From Chloroflexota bacterium (GTDB lineage: Bacteria > Chloroflexota > UBA6077 > CF-72): a stretch of 60,204 nucleotides of DNA. Where the stretch lies: the NCBI GenBank assembly GCA_051006215.1, contig JBPCIO010000151.1, positions 1 through 60,204 of the forward strand, read 5' to 3'. Below, piece after piece: positions 31,811 through 40,297 of this stretch; positions within the stretch are counted from its first letter, which is position 1; each line of letters begins with the position of its first letter. Made by a program: the position numbers and the translations under genes. Under the pieces are notes generated by a model. That model worked only from the letters and a program-made list of their open reading frames with translations. It searched no databases and was not told the DNA's origin.

Positions 31811-33012
31811 TCGGCTGGCCAGCCCTGCGCGTGACGGACGAGCTCCCGTCGAGCGCAGACGTGGTGATCATTGGCGGCGGCATCGTGGGTGCAGCGACCG
31901 CATTTTTTGCCCGCCGCGCGGGGCTGCGCGTGGTCCTGCTCGAAAAGCGATCAGCCCTGTGCACGCTGACCACGCCCGTGTCGACCGGCGCGTTTCGACT
32001 GCAGTTTGACAATCCGGAGGAGGTCGGGGTCGTCCGCGAAGGCATACAGCTTTTCGATCATTTTGCCGAGGCGGCTGACCTGCCCGGCTACGACCTGCGT
32101 ATCCGCAAGCAGGGCTATCTGTTTTGCGCGACCTCGGATGCTGGCGCGCAGCATCAGCGGCAGTTCGTCGATGCCCTCCACGGCTGGGGCGTGGACGACC
32201 TCGAGCTGCTGAGCGGCGATGAAGCGCGTCATCGCTTCCCATACCTCAGTCCGGATATCGTGCAGGCCCGATTCCGCCAGGGCGACGGGTGGCTCGATCC
32301 GAAGCGACTCACCCTCGGCTACGCGCGCGCCAGTGGCGCGACGGTGTGCCTGGACACGCCGGCAATCGGGTTCGATATGCGTGGAGACCGGGTCGTCGGA
32401 GTCCAGACGCCGCACGGCGCGATCGCTTGCGAACACGCGGTGGTGGCGACGGGCCCCTTCGCTGGACGGGTCGCGGCCCTAGCCGGGCTGACGCTCGACC
32501 TGCGGCCGACGATCCGTCACAAGCTGGTCATGCCCGACCTGCCGGCGCTGCCAGCCGACTCGCCAATGACCATTCACGAGGAGACGGCCGCGCACTGGCG
32601 TCCCGGACTGGCTGGCGGTTACGCGCTGTGGACGGAGCCGGGCACACTGTCGGGCGAGCCGCTCGACAATGTGCCCACCGACGCTGAGTTCGCCTTCGGC
32701 CTGCTCGATCCGCGCTCGCCACGCAGTCTGGCTCGGCTCAGTCCCATCTGGGAGTCGGTGTGGGAGGACGGCAGCCTGTACTGGGTGCTGCAAGCCGGCC
32801 AGTACACCTATACCGCGGACCATCGGCCGCTGCTCGGTCCGAGCGACGTGCCGGGACTGGTGCTGAATGTTGGCTACAGTGGCCACGGGATCATGGCGAG
32901 CGCCGGCGGGAGCCGGCTGGTGGTCGAAACACTCCTCGGCCGCCAGCCACCCGAAGCCAACCCGTTTCGCCCGCAGCGAACAATGCTCGAGCGCCCGCTC
33001 GACATCCTCTAA
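31807..33012 (+). CDS. FAD-dependent oxidoreductase (DAO / glycine-D-amino-acid oxidase family)
   Basis: ADVVIIGGGIVGAATAFFARRAGLRVVLLEK dinucleotide-binding motif. GTG 31807 overlaps the cupin stop (ORF track start is TTG 31792). Confidence 0.8.
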   Translation: MIGWPALRVTDELPSSADVVIIGGGIVGAATAFFARRAGLRVVLLEKRSALCTLTTPVSTGAFRLQFDNPEEVGVVREGIQLFDHFAEAADLPGYDLRIRKQGYLFCATSDAGAQHQRQFVDALHGWGVDDLELLSGDEARHRFPYLSPDIVQARFRQGDGWLDPKRLTLGYARASGATVCLDTPAIGFDMRGDRVVGVQTPHGAIACEHAVVATGPFAGRVAALAGLTLDLRPTIRHKLVMPDLPALPADSPMTIHEETAAHWRPGLAGGYALWTEPGTLSGEPLDNVPTDAEFAFGLLDPRSPRSLARLSPIWESVWEDGSLYWVLQAGQYTYTADHRPLLGPSDVPGLVLNVGYSGHGIMASAGGSRLVVETLLGRQPPEANPFRPQRTMLERPLDIL

Positions 33013-33020
33013 CCACGCGG

Positions 33021-33420
33021 GTAGGAATTCCTAACGCGTTTTTTCAGTAAGTCGTGGGCACGGTAGGAATTCGTAACGAGTTTGATTTTATAGTCGTGGG
33101 CTGCGGCCCCCTCCCCAGGGCTACTCGCCCTGGACCTCGCGCAATGAATGCTGGCAACACCCTCCTGAACAACCAGTTCTCGGCCGCGCCGGCAGGCGAC
33201 CGTCTTCAGCTCGGCGGTAATCGCGTGGCGTAGGCAGGAGCGCACGCCAGAGCGCGGCAGCGGGCGGTTGTGGGAGTTGTTTTCCGAACTCACCTGGACG
33301 CGAGGTCCAGGGCGAGTAGCCCTGGGGAGGGGGCCGCAGTCCACGACTATAAAATCAAACTCGTTACGAATTCCTACCGTGCCCACGACTTAAGGAATAA
33401 ACTCGTTACGATATCCTACC
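33021..33420. repeat. MITE-like palindromic element, copy A (about 400 bp; long terminal inverted repeats built from about 40-nt units)
   Basis: Left arm 33049-33143 and the reverse complement of 33296-33392 are near-identical (one mismatch seen). Units are TAGGAATTC(G/C)TAACG(A/C)G...GTCGTGGGC. Each arm carries an inner hairpin CCAGGGC-TACTC-GCCCTGG. Confidence 0.85.
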
Positions 33421-33452
33421 GCGCGTGTGGCATACTGCGTCGACCATAGCGC

Positions 33453-33854
33453 ATGGCGAATTCGTACGTGCTGGTTGTCGACGACGATCCGGCCATCCGC
33501 GGGCTCGTCGCGGAGGCGTTGGAGGGCGATGGGTACGTGGTCGACCTGGCCGCGAACGGCCGCGAGGCGCTCGACGCCATGCGCGCCAATCGCCCGGCCA
33601 CCGTCATTTTGGATTTGATGATGCCGGTCATGGACGGGTTTTCGTTCCTGGAGGCTTGCCAGCACGAGCGGCTGTGCGCAGACGTTCCGATCGTGGTCAT
33701 CTCCGCCGCGCACGACCTCTTGCGTCGCGTCCACGCACTGCCAGCCAACGCGTGCATCGCCAAACCCTTCGACCTGGATGACCTGGTGCGAACAGTCGGG
33801 CAGTACGCGCGGTCCACCCCTCGAGCGCAACCACCCGAGCTGTTCAACGCTTAG
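33453..33854 (+). CDS. Single-domain response regulator (CheY-like receiver)
   Basis: VLVVDDDP, ILDLMMPVMDG, AKPFDLDDL. Confidence 0.9.
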   Translation: MANSYVLVVDDDPAIRGLVAEALEGDGYVVDLAANGREALDAMRANRPATVILDLMMPVMDGFSFLEACQHERLCADVPIVVISAAHDLLRRVHALPANACIAKPFDLDDLVRTVGQYARSTPRAQPPELFNA

Positions 33855-33855
33855 C

Positions 33856-35079
33856 TCAGGTCGAGTCCGACTCCGCCACCAGAAGCACGTTGCGCTTGCC
33901 AACGCTCAACAGCAGCGGCAGCTCTGATGGATCGACGATCCTCTCTGTTGTCTGGGTCTGCCCACCCAACTTCAACCCGCCGGTCTGAATGTGCCGCTTG
34001 GCAGCATTCTTCGACTCCACCAGACCGGCCACCACGGCGAGCTCGACCAGACCCGTTGGTTTAGGCACGACGACGCTCGGGCCCACGTCCTGGCCCTGCC
34101 CGCCAAAGCGGGCACGCGCAGTCTGTTGTGCGGCGGCCGCCTCCGCATCGCCGTGGGTAATCCGGGTAGTCTCGAATGCCAGGACTTCTTTGGACGCGTT
34201 CAACTCGGCGCCGGACCTGGACTCCAGCTCGGCAATGTCTTCCAGGGGTAAGAACGTGAACATGCGCAGGAAGCGGCCGACATCGGCGTCCTCGGTGTTG
34301 CGCCAGTACTGGTAGTAGTCATACGGCGACGTTTGGCGCGGATCCAGCCACGGCGCGTTGCCAGCCGACTTGCTCATCTTCTGCCCCGACGCGGTGGTGA
34401 TGAGCGGAGTAGTCACCGCGAACGCCTCACCCCCCGCGGCGTGATGGATCAGGTCACGCCCAGCCAGAATGTTGAACCACTGGTCGTTCCCGCCGAGCTG
34501 CACGATACAGCCATGGTCGCGGTACAGGTGCAAGAAGTCGTATGCCTGTACCAGCGCGTAGTTCAATTCGATAAACGAAAAACTGCCCGTTTCGAAACGC
34601 TCTCTATACGTTCCGTGCTGCATCAACTGATTGACCGTGAAGTAGCGGCCGACGTCGCGCAGAAACGGAATCCACTTCAACTCCAACAACCAATCGGCGT
34701 TGTTGAGCAACAGCGCCCGGTCAGCCGACAGATCGATGTAGCGACTGAACTGGGTCCGGATACCCGCCAGGTTGCGGTGGATCTCGGCCACCGACAGGAT
34801 CGGCCGCTCGGACGCGCGATCGCTCGGGTCGCCAATCATGCCGGTTCCACCACCTACCAGAGCGATGGGCCGGTGCCCGGCGCGTTGGAAGTGGGCCAGG
34901 GCCATGATGCCGACCAGGTTGCCGGTGTGGAGGCTGGTGGCGGTCGGATCGAAGCCCTGATACACGCTTATGCGGCCGCGATCGAGCGCGCGGCGCAGCG
35001 CATGTTCGTCTGAGACCTGGGCCACGAACCCGCGGGATCGCAGCACGTCGAGCACGTGTTCAGAAACCGCCGTCACCAC
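33856..35079 (-). CDS. tyrS: Tyrosine--tRNA ligase
   Basis: HTGN (HIGH) and KMSKS motifs. C-terminal S4-like domain. 407 aa. Confidence 0.95.
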   Translation of the reverse strand: MVTAVSEHVLDVLRSRGFVAQVSDEHALRRALDRGRISVYQGFDPTATSLHTGNLVGIMALAHFQRAGHRPIALVGGGTGMIGDPSDRASERPILSVAEIHRNLAGIRTQFSRYIDLSADRALLLNNADWLLELKWIPFLRDVGRYFTVNQLMQHGTYRERFETGSFSFIELNYALVQAYDFLHLYRDHGCIVQLGGNDQWFNILAGRDLIHHAAGGEAFAVTTPLITTASGQKMSKSAGNAPWLDPRQTSPYDYYQYWRNTEDADVGRFLRMFTFLPLEDIAELESRSGAELNASKEVLAFETTRITHGDAEAAAAQQTARARFGGQGQDVGPSVVVPKPTGLVELAVVAGLVESKNAAKRHIQTGGLKLGGQTQTTERIVDPSELPLLLSVGKRNVLLVAESDST

Positions 35080-35288
35080 GCAGGCATTTTACTGAAGGCG
35101 TACCGACGGGTCGGGGCGACGAAAAACGCCGCACTGTGGGGACAGCACGGCGTCAGGAGTGGCAACACCACCCACAAGGGGGGAGAGGGGTGGGCTGCCA
35201 AGATCTGGAGAAGCGGACGTCGAGAGTATGGGGCTTGGACGAGCCATAAGTCAAATCACTGATTCTGCACTATTCGTTACAATAACTT
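35080..35288 (-). promoter_or_regulatory. tyrS leader, T-box-like riboswitch candidate
   Basis: T-box-like TGTGGGTGGTGTTGCC (reverse complement of about 35161-35176). Its TGTGGG can pair with CCCACA of the terminator. A UAC triplet is present in the upstream stem region. The A2 helix is not canonical. Confidence 0.4.
35121..35153 (-). terminator. Intrinsic terminator inside the tyrS leader (attenuator)
   Basis: Minus strand ACGCCGTGCTGT-CCCC-ACAGTGCGGCGT followed by TTTTT, about 45 nt upstream of the tyrS GTG. Confidence 0.7.
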
Positions 35289-36224
35289 ATGGATCTAGCG
35301 CGCATGCGGGTCTTCCAGGCCGTAGCTGACGCGGGCTCCTTTTCCCGCGCCGCACGCGCCTTGTTCCTTTCACAGCCTGCCGTCACCCAGCACATCCACG
35401 CTCTGGAAGCCGAGCTCGGCGTTCCCTTGTTCGACCGTCTCGGTCGACGGACGTCGCTCACGCCAGCCGGCGCGAGCCTGGCCCAACACGTCCCCGAAAT
35501 CGTGGGCATGGTCCGCGCCGCCGAGTCCGCCGCCCGCGAGGCCGGTGGTGAGGCAAGTCGGACCCTGCGCCTCGGCGTCAGCGAGACACTGGCTACGTAT
35601 GTGCTGCCACCCCTATTGAGCGATTTGCAGCGCCGCTTGCCTGAGACCGAGCTCCGCCTGACCGTCGGCGACAGCGCGGAGCTCCTTCAGGCGCTGCTCA
35701 ACAACGAGGTCGAACTGGCGTTCTGGCTGCGCGAACCCACCGTCCACCCTCACCTCCAGCAGACGTCGTTGCTCCAGGAGCCACTGGTCTGGGTGCTGCC
35801 ACCAGACGACGCCCAGAGTCGTGCGTCCGGTCTGCCGGCTCAAGCATTCCCTGGCCGTCGCCTGATTCTGCGCAAGCGTAACTCGGCCGCGAGGCGAGTC
35901 ATCCAAGCGCTGCTAGAGCGCGACGGGGCTTTTCCGTCCGACCTGCTCGAGATGGACAACCTGGAAGCCATCAAGCGATCGGTGGAAGTTGGCTTCGGTA
36001 TCAGCATCGCGCCGCGTTCGGCGGTCGTCCGCGAACACCAAGCCGGCACCCTCAGCGTGGTGGCCCTGGACGCGCCTGGCGCCTACCTTACGTCGAGTTA
36101 CGCGCAGTATGGCGAGCGTCGGCTGTCGGCCCCGGCGCGCACCTTCGTCGAGCTACTGGAGGGCCTCCGTCCGCCTCCACGCCCGGCTACACGATCGAGA
36201 TCGACCGGCGCCGTTCGGGACTGA
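35289..36224 (+). CDS. LysR-family transcriptional regulator
   Basis: N-terminal HTH MRVFQAVADAGSFSRAARALFLSQPAVTQHIHALE. About 310 aa. Confidence 0.9.
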   Translation: MDLARMRVFQAVADAGSFSRAARALFLSQPAVTQHIHALEAELGVPLFDRLGRRTSLTPAGASLAQHVPEIVGMVRAAESAAREAGGEASRTLRLGVSETLATYVLPPLLSDLQRRLPETELRLTVGDSAELLQALLNNEVELAFWLREPTVHPHLQQTSLLQEPLVWVLPPDDAQSRASGLPAQAFPGRRLILRKRNSAARRVIQALLERDGAFPSDLLEMDNLEAIKRSVEVGFGISIAPRSAVVREHQAGTLSVVALDAPGAYLTSSYAQYGERRLSAPARTFVELLEGLRPPPRPATRSRSTGAVRD

Positions 36225-37464
36225 AAAGCGCCTTCGGGATAAGCGCATGGACGCCCCGATTCTGGTTCACGAATTGCGTCACTCGGAAACTGACGCCGAT
36301 GCTGGCCAGGCTGTACGCGTCCAGGCGGTTGAGGCCGGCGCGGCGGTGCAGAAAGTCGATGGCGTTGCGGGTAGCGATGCGAAAGGCCGCGTTCAGGTCG
36401 GCGTCGGTGCCCATCGCAATCCAGTGCTCGGCCGTTTCGGCAAACGGCCATGCCCACCCGGCCTGTTTGTGCAGCACGACTCGCACCCTGACTTCGCGCA
36501 TGGCGGACTCCAGCGCCTGGTTGTTGATTTCGCCGTCACCTTGGGCAGCGTGCGAGTCGCCCGTGTAGAGCTTTGCTCCAGTCTGCCACACGGGTATGTA
36601 CAGGATTGAGCCCTCGTTCAGGTCGCGCAGGTCGATGTTGCCTGCGTGTTGGCCGGGGGGAACCGAACTCACCACGCCATCCCCGGCGGCGACCGGTGCA
36701 ACGGCGAAGGTGCCCTGAAATGGCGCCAGGGGTACGCTGATGCCGGGTAGAAATTGTGCCTGCATACCCGCCACATCCAGGTCGAGGTAGCGCACCTGCC
36801 CTGACGGAAACGCATCCGGCAGGGTGCCGGTGCCAAGGTCGCCAGGGTTGACGAAGGTTGCGCCCCAGTCGACGGGGACCAGGCGTTGAAACTCGATGGC
36901 CAGCATGTCGCCTGGTTCGGCCCCCCGCACGCCCACCGGACCAATGATCGAGTGTGGGCCGCGCCCAGGCTGCTCACGCCTGAGTCTCGCGATGGCGTCG
37001 ATATCCAGGCCAGGTTGGAGTCGATTCAGAAAGTGCGACCAGGTATCGGGATAGGCGACCACGTCGCCTGAATCGATCTGCAGTACGTCTTTGAGGGTGG
37101 TGTCGAAAACACCCAGGCGCACGGTTTCGGGTGTGGAGGGCAGCGTGTGCACGCGGCCGTCGCCGCCGGACCATGCTCCTGATCCAGATCCCCCCGAGCC
37201 GCCAGCGCCGAGGCGAAGATGGCCTGCCACCGACGCGAGCAGCCCGAACACCCCGACCCCTCCCAGCAGCCAGGCGCGCGCCTCCGCCCGCGCCCGCCGC
37301 GTCCAATCGAGCGCCTCCAGGTCAAGCTCGTCGGAATTGAGCAATCGATCCGCTCGCAAACCGAACGCCGCCTCTGAGACGTCCCCCCGGAACACCAAAT
37401 CCCGAGGCGCAAGCGCGTCGCCACACCCAAACACGGCAACTGGGTACCAAGCCCAGCTCAGCAA
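36187..37464 (-). CDS. Acetamidase/formamidase-family amidohydrolase; the N-terminal about 110 aa extension is uncertain
   Basis: Family core starts at HTLPSTPETVRLGVFD. GNIDLRDL, YTGDSHAAQGDGEI. The 3' end overlaps lysR by 38 nt (convergent). Confidence 0.8.
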   Translation of the reverse strand: MLSWAWYPVAVFGCGDALAPRDLVFRGDVSEAAFGLRADRLLNSDELDLEALDWTRRARAEARAWLLGGVGVFGLLASVAGHLRLGAGGSGGSGSGAWSGGDGRVHTLPSTPETVRLGVFDTTLKDVLQIDSGDVVAYPDTWSHFLNRLQPGLDIDAIARLRREQPGRGPHSIIGPVGVRGAEPGDMLAIEFQRLVPVDWGATFVNPGDLGTGTLPDAFPSGQVRYLDLDVAGMQAQFLPGISVPLAPFQGTFAVAPVAAGDGVVSSVPPGQHAGNIDLRDLNEGSILYIPVWQTGAKLYTGDSHAAQGDGEINNQALESAMREVRVRVVLHKQAGWAWPFAETAEHWIAMGTDADLNAAFRIATRNAIDFLHRRAGLNRLDAYSLASIGVSFRVTQFVNQNRGVHALIPKALFSPERRRSISIV

Positions 37465-37489
37465 GTCAAGAAGCAGCTAAAAACAAGTA

Positions 37490-37905
37490 GTAGGAATTCG
37501 GAACGAGCCTTTTCCGGTGATCGTAAACTGCGCGCAAACGCTAGGAATTCGTAACGAGTTTGATTTTATAGTCGTGGGCTGCGGCCCCCTCCCCAGGGCT
37601 ACTCGCCCTGGACCTCGCGCAAAGAATGCTCGCAACACCCTCCTGAACAACCACTTTCCGGGTGGCGCCGGGGGCGAGCGTCTTCAGTTCAGCGGTAACC
37701 GCGTGCGCAGGGAGGAACGTGCGCTCCTGTGGCGCGGCAGCGGGCGGTTGTGGGAGTTGTGTTTCGAACTCACGCTGGACGCGAGGTCCAGGGCGAGTAG
37801 CCCTGGGGAGGGGGCCGCAGCCCACGACTATAAAATCAAACTCGTTACGAATTCCTACGGTGCCGCAGCCCACGACTTAATGAATAAACTCGTAACGAAT
37901 TCCTC
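37490..37905. repeat. MITE-like palindromic element, copy B (same orientation as copy A)
   Basis: 37541-37620 and the reverse complement of 37778-37857 match each other and the arms of copy A. The core shares several conserved blocks with copy A. Confidence 0.85.
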
Positions 37906-38250
37906 CTACTCTTGCTGGTCTTTGAGGGCGGACTCGTCGACGTTGCCTGAGAAGGTCCACCGGTCGCCGTTCGACAGGAAGAGGCGGATCTGAGATCGGG
38001 CGGTCTGCTTCGGCAGGCGATCCCAGACCACCCGATCTAGCTCCGAGACGCGGACCTCGAGCGGCGGCGCCTCAGCTTCACGCGCGCTGAAACGGAACGC
38101 TTCCGGCGTCGCCTGGTCGAGCCGCCAGTGGTCAGACGAAAGGCGAAGCGAACCGTCGGCTCCGCGACGAAGCAGATTGAAGTACGCGCCGCCGAAGGCG
38201 CGCGCCATCGTGGCATGATCCATCTCTGTACCGCTCGCCAGTGGCTCCAC
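37906..38250 (-). CDS. Hypothetical protein
   Basis: 114-aa ORF with no recognisable motif. The stop abuts repeat copy B. Confidence 0.4.
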   Translation of the reverse strand: MEPLASGTEMDHATMARAFGGAYFNLLRRGADGSLRLSSDHWRLDQATPEAFRFSAREAEAPPLEVRVSELDRVVWDRLPKQTARSQIRLFLSNGDRWTFSGNVDESALKDQQE

Positions 38251-38409
38251 CCTACGCCGCTCCGTTCACGAATCGACACACATTTTCGCGTATGACTGCC
38301 CGTTGGATCGGTCGTACATCGGCTTCAGCGAGCGTATTCGTCGATCACGCAACTGTCTCGAGTGTGGTAACACGTGGTGACAAATGCCGCAAAATCAGGG
38401 CGTAAGGGG

Positions 38410-38439
38410 TTGACACCCCGAAACCAGGCTCCGTATCGT
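38410..38439 (+). promoter_or_regulatory. Putative sigma70-type promoter of the LysM/NlpC-P60 gene
   Basis: TTGACA (38410-38415), 18-nt spacer, TATCGT (38434-38439). Confidence 0.4.
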
Positions 38440-38533
38440 GCCTGGACGTTGGCGGACCGCTTGCCAACACTTTCTCACTACAGCCCTTCGCGGAGGCCCT
38501 GCGCAGTGCACCACACCGGCCCCCTTCCAGAAG

Positions 38534-40198
38534 ATGCGAGGAACCGTGCGGCGGACGCATAACTCGTTGAGCCGCTACGCAAGCGTCGCTACTCTCGAAC
38601 ACCTCGTTCGTTTACGACCCCGCTATTTGTTGCACGGCGTCGTTGCCGCCGTTGGCGTCGCTGCCCTCTCGTCGTTCGCGTTCCAGCCGCGCCAAGCAGA
38701 CGCTCCGGCCACGGCCATGCCGGCCGCGCCGCTCGAGGAAGTCGCGCCAATGGTGGCCCTCAACGTCGAGCCGCTCGCCCCACCGACCGAGGTGATGGTC
38801 GAGGAACCCGCTGCGGCCAAGCCGGAACCAGAGGTGGCGCCCGCGCCAGCCCCGCCCAAGCCTACGGTGTATACCGTCGAAGAAGGCGAAACGCTGGGCA
38901 TGCTCGCAGAGCGCTTCAATGTCAGCGCCGAAACCATCATGGCTGCCAACGGGCTGCGTGATGCCGACATGCTGAAGGTGGGCCAGGATCTGATCATCCT
39001 GCCGTCCGACGGCGTGCTGTACGTGGTCAAGGCCGGCGAATCAATTCGCGGCGTGGCAGAGCGCCTCGGCGTAGACACCATGGACATCGTCACTGCCAAC
39101 GACCTGGGTGCTGATCCCGACGTCGTCCAGGCAGGAACGATGCTGATGGTACCGGGCGCAACGCCAGTCGTCGGTAGCCCGAGCAACACCACGGTCGTGC
39201 GCGGCGACGAAGCCGACCAGGCCGCGGTGACGGTCGGCGGTGGCGCTGTGGTCGTACCGATCGAGGTGACAACACGCGCTACTCCGAGCGCGCGAACCTA
39301 CACCGTGCAGCCGGGCGACACGCTGGTTGGTATCGCTGACACCTTCGGCGTGGACGTGTCCACGCTGCTCTCGAGCAACGGCATTGACGACCCTGACACA
39401 ATCAAGCCGGGCAGTGAGCTGCGCATTCTGCCGGTCAAAGGTGTCGAGTACTCGGTTCAGCCAAATGAGACGCTGGCCGACATCGCCGGTAACTACCAGG
39501 TCGATCTGGGCTTGCTGCTCGACTACAACGATCTCAGTGATCCAGACGTCATCAATATTGGCGCCAAGCTAATGATTCCGGGCGGCAAGCTACGCCCGCA
39601 GACAGCGCCCGCAGCAGCGCCAGCGCCCGTGGTCGAGGCGCCGGCAACGCGTACCCAGTCCGCTGGCGCTGCTGCGCCGGCGGTTGTCCAGGCGCCTGCA
39701 CCAAGCAAGCCAGTGGTAGCCGCAGCTGTGTCCAACCCTGCGCCAGCCCCTAAACCGGCGGCAGCTCCTAAACCGGCTCCAGCGCCGGCCCCAGCACCTG
39801 CCGCGCCAGAACTCTCCGCTGGCGGCGGCGGCGGCACGATCGTGGCCAATGCCATGAAGTACGTCGGCTACCGCTACGTCTTTGGTGGGACCTCGCCAGC
39901 TGGCTTCGATTGCTCGGGTTTCGTGTACTACATCCACAATCACAGCGGAGCGCCGGTCGGGCGCGGCATGTGGCAGCAGTACAACGGGGGTGCGCACATC
40001 TCGATGAGCGCCCTTCAGCCAGGCGACACGGTCTTCTTTGCCAATACGTACATGCCCGGTCTGAGCCATGACGGCATCTACATCGGTGGCGGCCAGTTCG
40101 TGCATGCGAGTGACGAGCGAACCGGCGTCACCGTCTCCAGCATCTACTCGAGCTACTGGCAAGGCCACTACGCGGGCGCTACCCGTCTCTGGGACTGA
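38534..40198 (+). CDS. Peptidoglycan hydrolase: four LysM repeats + C-terminal NlpC/P60 endopeptidase
   Basis: LysM repeats (YTVEEGETLGMLAERF..., YVVKAGESIRGVAERL..., YTVQPGDTLVGIADTF..., YSVQPNETLADIAGNY...). NlpC/P60 core GFDCSGFVYY...HDGIYIG...VHAS. ATG 38534 preferred over GTG 38438. Confidence 0.9.
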   Translation: MRGTVRRTHNSLSRYASVATLEHLVRLRPRYLLHGVVAAVGVAALSSFAFQPRQADAPATAMPAAPLEEVAPMVALNVEPLAPPTEVMVEEPAAAKPEPEVAPAPAPPKPTVYTVEEGETLGMLAERFNVSAETIMAANGLRDADMLKVGQDLIILPSDGVLYVVKAGESIRGVAERLGVDTMDIVTANDLGADPDVVQAGTMLMVPGATPVVGSPSNTTVVRGDEADQAAVTVGGGAVVVPIEVTTRATPSARTYTVQPGDTLVGIADTFGVDVSTLLSSNGIDDPDTIKPGSELRILPVKGVEYSVQPNETLADIAGNYQVDLGLLLDYNDLSDPDVINIGAKLMIPGGKLRPQTAPAAAPAPVVEAPATRTQSAGAAAPAVVQAPAPSKPVVAAAVSNPAPAPKPAAAPKPAPAPAPAPAAPELSAGGGGGTIVANAMKYVGYRYVFGGTSPAGFDCSGFVYYIHNHSGAPVGRGMWQQYNGGAHISMSALQPGDTVFFANTYMPGLSHDGIYIGGGQFVHASDERTGVTVSSIYSSYWQGHYAGATRLWD

Positions 40199-40297
40199 TT
40201 GTTCGACCCACCGACCGCGCCCACGGCGCGGGTGTAAAAACCAAAGCTAGCCAAACGCGCGCCCGGGCGGGGCGGAGCCTAGCCGTCCTGTAAGGGT

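Noticed and set aside
33009-33386. ORFs translated through the repeat elements (also 37517..37993 and 37541..37873) that share peptides such as GAAAHDYKIKLVTNSY
   Set aside because: The shared peptides arise from translating the inverted-repeat arms on both strands. The frames are not maintained between copies A and B: copy A has a stop where copy B reads through.
33021-37905. CRISPR array or integron attC/cassette interpretation of the repeats
   Set aside because: There are only two full copies, about 4 kb apart. The arms are about 100 nt or longer, which is far beyond CRISPR repeats or attC sites. There are no cas or intI genes, and the enclosed genes are in mixed orientation.
38270-38533. 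Cyclic-di-AMP (ydaO-type) riboswitch upstream of the LysM/NlpC-P60 hydrolase
   Set aside because: The gene context is suggestive and ACCCCGAAACCAGG loosely resembles the ACCCGAA.CCG block. The GGGGACCCA and GGGGUGAAUC cores are absent. The segment is better explained by a TTGACA-N18-TATCGT promoter.
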